A stretch of DNA of 54,957 nucleotides from an uncultured Thermoplasmatales archaeon (GTDB lineage Archaea > Thermoplasmatota > E2 > UBA202 > DSCA01): contig CAZESS010000015.1 in NCBI GenBank assembly GCA_964514975.1, positions 1-54,957 on the forward strand, read 5' to 3'. The notes below the pieces were generated by a model that saw only the letters and a program-made list of their open reading frames with translations, was not told where the DNA came from and ran no database searches. Each line of letters starts with the position of its first letter. Position 1 is the first letter of the stretch. The translations under genes and the position numbers were made by a program. Shown in pieces: positions 9,001 through 18,000 of the stretch.

Positions 9001-12000
9001 TGTCGGTGGGGTGTCGTCGACATGGAAGGTCTCGTTGTCGTAGACGGTGCGGCCCATCGCGTCGGTGATGGTGACGTTGAGCCAGTGGTCGCATTCGCTG
9101 TCAAAGTAATGCACGTAGGGCAGGCTGCCGGTGATGTCCACCCAGCCGCTGCCGTTGTTGTACATGACGGTCATGTCGCAGCAGCCGGTCTCGGCGTCGA
9201 TGGTGATCGGCGTACCGGTTGTGACGTAGTACTCGTCACCCGGTGTAACCGTCACGTTGGGGTCGCCGACGGTCTTGTAGAGCACCGGCGGGTAGTCGTC
9301 GACATGGAAGGTCTCGTTGTGCCATCCGGATGCCGGCCAGCGGTTGCCGAGGTTGTCTTCGACGTAGAACTCCAGGTAATGGGTGCATTCCTCTGGCAGA
9401 TATATTTCCTCGCTGATGGTACCGCTTGGCACGCTCTCGTTGTAATATGTCCATGAGCCGTTGTACCATATCCTGTAGTGGAGATGCACGGAGCCAACGA
9501 CACAGTCAAGCGTGCCGTTGTCCGTGGCGTTGATCCATATCGGCGTGCCGGTCTCTATGCAGTATTCATCCAGACCGACCATCATCTTGGGCTCGCCGAC
9601 TTCCTTCGTCACATCGGGCGGGGTGTTGTCGACCATGACATGCTGCCGCCATGAATCCTCCATATTGCCGAGGTTGTCGAAGCTACGTATCGAAAACCGG
9701 TGCAAACAGTTATTGTCGTCGCCAAGGGAGGAAAGGTTAAATGCGCCGGTATACGGCGTCCATGCCGTGACGGTTTCCCAGCTTGCTCCGTTCCACCGGT
9801 TGATATAGTATTCTATGTGGTCAACACCTGATGCGCATCCGACAGTGTTGTCAGTCGCGTTCAGATATATCGGTGTTTCAGACGTGATATAGTGGTCAAG
9901 AGTACCAGTAAAGTAAGGTACATTCCAATAGACCGGGGAACCCACATAGAACGGCGAACCATATTCCTTTTCAGTGGTCGGAGGGGTATCGTCAACATAA
10001 TGGGTCTGATAGATGAGGGTGCTTTCATGGCCAAGGTTGTCAACAGCGTATGCCTCAATGGTGTGCTCGCATTCACCGTTCCAGACAAAGTCACCAAAGG
10101 TGAAGGTGGTGTTACCATAGGTCGTATAGGTGTGCCATGAACCGTTATAGTAGATACGGTAATTGAGCTCGGCGATGCCAGAGGAACAACTGCCGGCGTC
10201 GCTGACGTTCAGCCAGAATGGGGTATCAGAGGTGACATTTTCGCCGTACTGCGGCATGCCGACATCCTTGTTGACGGTCGGTTTGATGTTGTCGACATTG
10301 ACGGTATAGTTGTATTCCTCCCATTCGCCCATGTTGTTTGTAATATTGTAGTATATCGTGTGCGTGCAGTTGTCCATGACGCCGATGTCATCAAAAGTAA
10401 AGGTCACGTTGCTGTTCCAGGCGCCAGTATGCCAGCTGCCGTTGTTGACATTGTAGTATATCTGGTAGTTCGTATGTGCCATGTCGCCGGTCGCATTGAT
10501 ATAGATGGGCGTATACTTGGTAATATAGTCCATGTAGTAGGGTGAACCAAATTGCAGGGTGGCATCGGGCAGACCACCGCCAACATGGAAGCCCCATGTG
10601 CGATAGCCGCTGGACGGGAAGCGATTGCCCAGCTCGTCCTCGATCCAGTACTGGAGACGATGCGTACAGTTTTCGGTGAAGTCGATTGAGACGTTGCTGC
10701 CAGATGTGGCCCACGGCGTCCAGGTACCATTGAACTGTGTCCGGTAGTGGATGGTGAAGTTTCCGACCGCGCAGTCCGAGGCAGGCATATCGGTGGCGTT
10801 CAGCCATATCGGGGTATCGAGCGTGACATAGAACCATGAGCCGGACTGGAAGCTCGGGCTGCCAACGTTCAGGTCTTCATCTGGAGCACTATCATCAACG
10901 TATAGCTGTCGGAAGTTATGCGGCGTCTCCTCGTTGCCGGCATAGTCGGTCGCCCAGTACTCGATGGTATGGTTGCATTCCTCGATTATGGTAATGTTGA
11001 AAGGCTGCATCAGGGTGCCGTCACCCGATTGTACCAGCGTGGTGTTGTCACGCCATATCCGGTAATGCATCTCCCACATACCGACAGCCGGGCAGCCGGT
11101 GTCACTGCCGTACATGAGAAGCCAGGTATCGGTCGTGATATGTGTCGCGGTGGATGTGTCATGCGGGTACTTGGGATCGCCAATCTCCAGCGACGACGTG
11201 GGGGGTACGCTGTCGACATAGAATGTCTCGTTGTGCCAGCCAGTTGTCGGCCAGCGGTTGCCGAGTTCGTCTTCCACCCAGTACTCAAAGTAGTGGATGC
11301 AGTCTTCGCTGAAGCCATAGGAGAAATTGGTGTCAGTGGTGGTGTTGACGAGGTATCCGCCATCCCACCAGATGCGGTAGTGCAGTGTCCAGTTGCCCTC
11401 GGAGCAGTCGGGAAGCTCGGTCACATTGAGATAAACGGTGGCATCATGGTTGACATAGTAGTTGCCGGTGCCGTCGTCGTAGCCGCCGCCGACAACCGTC
11501 TTGTTCACCAGCGGGGGCGTAGAGTCAACATGGAAGGTCTCGTTGTCGTACACGGTGCGGCCAAGGCAGTCATATGCCCTGATGTCAAGGGTATGGGTGC
11601 ATTCATCGTTGAAGTTGAACACGTAGGGCACCGTGATCTCCTGCCAGGCGCCGCCGTTAACACTGATTTCCACGGTCATGCCCGGGCAGCATCCCGGATC
11701 GGTAGCATCGATATATATCGGCGTCAGCGTGGTCACATAGTATTCTTCATCCGCTGTCACCGTGATGTTGGGGTCGCCCACGGTTTTGTCGATACTCGGA
11801 CCGACGTCGTCCACGTAGAACGTCTGGTTGTGGACATAGTACGGAGATGGAAGGTCCATCGCTGGCGGGGTTGGCGGAGTCGGGCAGGGTCCAATGCTAA
11901 CTGCGCTGCTCTCCCATGGGTCATAGTCGATGGAGCCGTTGAGCCTGTCCTGTATCTCGCTTTCCACGGTGGTATCCCACCAGTTGTTCTCCGCGTCCAT

Positions 12001-15000
12001 TGTGTCTGTCTCATAGTTCTTTAATGCAAGTGCACCGGGTTCAGCGCCGCCATCGTAGAAGTTGTTGTAGTGGAATTCTATGGTACTGACATCGCATCCT
12101 GTTAACGCACGGGCCGCATTTTCCTCTTCAGGCGAGAAGTTGTTGTAGTAGAAGGTGTTGTATTCAACGCTCACGTTGTGGGAGCCGACCGGTCCGTAGC
12201 TGGTGCCCCAGAGAGCCAGTCCGTAGGACGGGTAGTAGTATCCGGAGTAGGGCCAGTATGGCGAGGGGCCGATGTACTGGAAGGTGTTGTTGGTGATTGT
12301 TCCACCGCGCACGTTTATCTGGGCACCATGGTAGCTGCAGTTTTCGAAGAGGTTACAATGCACCTGAGCGTCAATCAGGTTGTAGACGTTGATACCTGTG
12401 CCGCAGTCATGGATATGGTTGCCCTTGATAACCGGGTTGTGGAACTCGAAATCATTCGGGTCGCCGCCAGCGAAGATACCGTAAGAGCCATCCGGGTTCT
12501 GGATATCGTTGTACGACACTTCAACATCGGTGTAGGTGATGAAATCTGTGAACCCACTGGTGAAACCAAGTTCCGCATTGACATATCCTGGGCCAGGGGC
12601 ACTTGGATTGGTTGCACTGGCGTTAATCCGATTGTGGGTGATGACAATGTCCTCGAAATAGCCGCTTCCCGTGGAATCAGTACCAGCATCCGGGTCATGA
12701 CCCACAGTGATGCCGGACCAGGCATACGTCGAATGGACATAGTTGTACGCCAGGACGACGTTGCTTCTCGTCGCATTCACCGGACCGCGTACATCGATGG
12801 CCGTGTAGAAGTCGATGACTTCAAAGCCGTTAAAGACAACATTGTCTGCCCTTATTACGACGGTGAAACCGGTTGTGGTCGGGCTGGGATCGGCGATGGT
12901 ACTCTCGCCACCGCTCCGGCCGCCCTCTACGGGCTCCACGTTGGCCTGTGCACCGTATAGAGAGAGTTCCTTGTCAATTGTGATTGCTTCGGTATATGTT
13001 CCTGCATACACATAGATGGTGTCGCCGTCGCTCGCTGCATCGATGGCATCCTGGATGCTGTCGAAGTGGGTGACGCCCCAGCCGGCCGTACTGGCATCGA
13101 AGTCATCGTCGACGTAGTAGGTACCAGGTGCAAGGCCATAGTTCCCGAGGTCGTCCACTGCATAATATTCAATGTAATGCTTGCATTCATCGGGTACCGT
13201 GAAGCTCACGTTGGAGTTCAACGGGCCGCTCTGCCATGCTCCCCAGCCACCGGTCATGTCCCATATACGCCAGAAAATCTGGTAGGAACCGACCGCACAG
13301 TCGCCAGCGTCAGTCGCATTCAGATAGATCGGCGTCGTCGTCGTGATACACCGGTTGCCGTCACAGACACCCGTCGGGTTGCCATATTCCTTGGTCACCA
13401 TCGGCGGTGTGTCGTCGACACGGTAGTGCTGATAGTAATGCATGGTTTCCGTGCCCAGGTCGTCAACCACATACCATTCAAGCATGTGCTCGCATTCCTC
13501 GTCAAAGGAAAACATGACGCTGCTGTTCATCGGCCCAGTAGTGAAATCGGGAATCGGGTCGCCGATCTTCCAATAGCGGTAATATATCTGGTAGGAGCCA
13601 ACCGAGCATTTGCTGAGGTTGTCGGTCGCGTTAATCGTTATCTCCGAGGTCGTCGTGACATACGTGGTATAATGGAAGGTGACGGACAACGAAAGCGATG
13701 AGCCAGAGGCACTGCCCGTGAACTCGCCTTCGAAGTACTGGCCATCATAGGTGCCGTCGCCGGTCGCATAAATTCGTCCATGCGTGGTGCTGGGGAATCC
13801 GGTGTGATCGGTGACATAGGTGCCGTTGAACCATCCGCCAGAGCCGTCAGACCAGGTGAAGGAGCCATAGCCGAAGCCCTGGGTCGCATAGGTCCCGTTG
13901 GTCGGTATGAACGAGTTGTGATACATGGTGATCGTACCCACCAGAGCGCCGGTCGTCGTGCCGCTCCATTCCTGTTCAGCCCAGAGGACACTTGTCAGCG
14001 GGTCGGGCAGCACGATGTCGGAGCCAAAGACCTGCGGTATCCAGAATCCCGCTGGCTCACTGGTATACCACTCGGTTTCACTTGACAAGCTGGCGCTCAC
14101 GGTCATCGTCTCGTTTTCCATGTACATGGGACCGTCGTGTTCCTTCCAGGTGACAGGTGGGGTGTTATCGACCATGACATGCTGTAGATGTGATGACTCG
14201 ATATGGCCGAGTTCATCGAAGCTGCGCACCCTGATGCGGTGCAGACAGCTATTGTTATCGCCGATGGATGAAAGGGTAAACGGCCCAGTATATGTATCCC
14301 ACGATGCAACGCCTTGCCAGCTCGAGCCATCCCACCGGTTGATGTAATACTCTATGTGGTCGACACCGGAGGCACACATGCCGGGGTTGTCCGTGGCGTT
14401 CAGATAAATCGTGGTGTCAGACGTGATATAATGGTCAAGGGTACCGGTGAAGTATGGTACATCCCAGTCCACGGGTTCGCCCTCATAATATGGCGTGCCG
14501 TATTCCTTGGTGGAGGTCGGCGGGCTATCGTCAACATAGAATGTCTCGTTGTCATACACGATGTTGCCGACGCAGTCATAGGCCCTGATGGACAGGTTGT
14601 GCATGCATTCATCCGGCATATAGATGGTGTCCGAAACCGTTATCTCCATCCAGCCGGAGTCATAGGTCGCATTCCAGATGCGGTATTCAACGGTCATGCT
14701 CGGGCAGCAGCCGGCGTTGGTCGCATCAATCGTAATCGGCGTGCCCGTGGTCACATAGAAATCTGGCATGCCGCCGCCGGGTATGTTCGGCGTGCCGACA
14801 GTCTTGTCTATCGTGGGAGCCGAATCGTCGACATAGAAGGTGATATTGTGGATGACGCCGTCGCCGTTGCCCAGCGAGTCCTCGGTGTAGTACTCAAGAT
14901 AATGTTTGCATTCCTCGTCAAATGTCAGGATGAGATCCTGGTAATATGTCCGCTGCCAGGTCGTCCAGGTACCGTTCCATATACGGTACCATATCGAGCT

Positions 15001-18000
15001 GTTGTCCGCCGCGCAGGGCGCACCAGGATCGGTCGCGTTGACATAGATGGGCGTGGCAGTGGTGACGCATGCATACGGCGTGTTGGTGGTATAGGTCGCT
15101 CCGTAGATGGTGCCGTCGTTGCCGTCCTCGACATCGGTGGCGGTGGAGCCGCTGCCCTCGTTGAAGTCCCACCATGAGACAAGGTTGGATGTCACAACGT
15201 TCTGATTGTAGTTGTTCTGGACATCGGCAGCAGAGAGCGCATCATCGTAAATGCGGACATCGTCAATCGCTCCCTCGAAGCCTAAATAGGGAGGTGGGCT
15301 GCCGTCAGCCATGCATCCAATGTACAGTTCGTTGCCGGTGGTAACAGCGCCAACTGTGCCGGCTGCGGCACTCGAATCAAGCGAGCCATCAATGTAGAGC
15401 TCAATGGTTCCGCCGTTTCTGGTGGCAACTATGTGGTGCCACTGTCCGTCGTTGATGGTAACACTCGACGTCAGGCTTGCACTGTTCGTACCGTCATCGA
15501 TGAGCCAGCGTATCCGGCCGCTGCTCTGCATCTCAAGGTCATAGGCAGGCTGCCAGTTGCCAATGGCGTTCTTGCGGACGATGCCGCCTCTGCTGTCCGA
15601 GGAGGTCTGAATCCATGCTTCGACGGTCCAATCAGATGAACCCATGTCGAGCGATGCGGCATGAGGGACTTCGACGTAATTGCTGCCATTGAAGTCAAGG
15701 GCGTAGTTGCCGCAGGAGGGCTCGCCTCGCTCGATGGCGCTCGACGGCGGGGTGTCGTCGACATAGAACGACCTGTTGTGTATGGTCGTCTCGGTGTTGT
15801 CCAGGTTGTCAACCGCATAGTATTCGATGTAATGTTTGCATTCCTCGTCAAAGGTGACATGGACAACGTCGCCGATGCCGCCAACCTGCCATGTGGTCCA
15901 TCCATCGGTCTGGTTCCAGAGCCGGTAATGGATACGCCATGAGCCCACGTTGCAGTCGCCATAGATATCCTGAGCGAACAGGGTAAGCTCGGTCGACGTC
16001 GTAATGTAGGTGGCTCCCTGGCTCTGCGGCCACTTGGGATCGCCGACCTGCAGGCCGGACTGCGGCGGGGTGTCATCGACCCGGTGGGTCTGGTTGGTCA
16101 CCGCTTCCATGTTGCCCGCGTTGTCGTCGCTGTAGAACTCGAGGTAATGGATGCATTCACCGCTCAGGGTGAAGTTGCCCGTGTACACCATGAAGTTGTC
16201 GTTGAGACCGACGCCGGTGCTCGGGGCGGGCGTCCATGCACCATTGTACCATACACGATAATAGGTTGCGTTGACGCCGGAGCCGCCGGACGGGTTGTCC
16301 ACGGCGGTGAAGTTGAACTCGGTGCTCGATGTGACGTAGTTAGCTCCACCTGTCGGACCCCATTTGGGCTCCCCAACCGTCTTGGTGGTCGTGGGCGCCT
16401 GGTTGTCGGAGCCGCCGGCCGCATGGGGCGAGAGATGCCAGACATGTGCCCAGACGTAGCCGATGTAGGTGCCATCGAAATAATCGGTGTTCACGCCGGT
16501 GACGTTGCAGAGCTGCCATTCCCCGGCGGTTCCATTCCAGAAGAAGACGCCCTGCAGGTCGCCTTCGTCGAGGCCGGAGGCAGTCAGGTCGGCCGCCGTA
16601 TAGTATATTGTAATATTGATAGGCCAGTCGACACCGCTGGTGTCGTTCATGCTCACGTCGACAAAGGTGCCGTCGAGCGCGTAGCCGCCCACGGCGTCGC
16701 CCTCGGGGTTTTCCTCGTATTTGAGCGTGGTGACGCTTGCGGGAGTCGAGGTGTTCACGGTGACCGTTGTCCCGGTCTCGTCCTTGCCGCCGGTCGTGGT
16801 CTCGGTGCCGGCGGGCACGTCCTCATAGTAGGAGTCCTCGACGCCGGATTCCTGGCTGTTGTTGTAATCGTCGTCAGGCCATGTGTCGTCCAGCCACGGC
16901 CGGAAGTCAACGTTATCGGACACGTTGTCGCCCTGACCGTACGGGGTGTCGGTCGCGTTGTGATACGGACCAGTTGAATGACCCCACCAGTTGTAGGTGG
17001 CGTTAACCACGGTTGCCGCAATATTCAAAACGCCATAGTGTCTGTTTCCGTAGATGTTGTTGTTATGTATCTCCGTCCCGGTGACCGGGTGGAGGTAGTC
17101 ATCTATGCCGCTGCCATTGCCGTTATTATAAATATTATTCTTCTCAACGGTTACATTGAAGGTGTTCAGCAGAACCCCCATCTTGCAGTCGGATACAGTA
17201 TTACCCGATATAAGATGGCCGCCAACTGTTCCGGTTGAGGTGACGCCATCCCCGGTAATCCGGATGCCATATCCGTTATCCAGCGACTCTGGCGGGTCGT
17301 AATACGTTCCCCATGTATAGAAATAATCAACCAGATCTGGGCTCCCGGTAACCGTATTATTGACAATGGTGGTGTTAACCGCATCGTATCCGGCATAGAT
17401 ATTATAATAACATCCGCTAATCGTGTTTTCTGCTATGACGTTATCCTGCTGGCCATCTATATTCGCATCGTCCCACATATTGATGCCATACCAAGCAACG
17501 TCTTTCCCGTCAATCGTATTGTTCACGATGCGGTTGTCGTTACAGGCCACCCCCTGAAGGTCGTATTGCCCGCCGGACAAATGGATACCATAATAGAAGT
17601 TTTCTATAACGTTGTCCATAATGGTGCAGTTACTCGAGCCAAATAAGAGAATCGAATTCATAAGATATGGATTACTAGCTCCGTCAGCATAGATATCTCC
17701 GCTCGTCGCATTCAAAATGACATCTTTGATAGTGAGCCCCTGTATAGTGATGTTGTCACAGCCGCGGATGTAAAACCCGGGATGAACATGCGTGGTCGGA
17801 GAACAAGGAGGTGCCTCGCCTGTTTGTGCCGCATTGATTATTGTACTCCCTGGCCCTTCCACTGATTGTATCGTAATATCTGTCTTATTATCCATATAGA
17901 CGTTTTCTAAGTATGTCCCGGGGTAGATATCGACCATCGTGCTCGTCACGTTGTCAATGGCATCCTGTATGCTAGCCCAGTATCCATCAGCACCATCTAT

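Noticed and set aside
7850-9010. ~310-bp tandem DNA repeats as CRISPR or satellite
   Set aside because: They are coding Ig-like repeats of the giant protein, with no short repeat-spacer structure and no cas genes.
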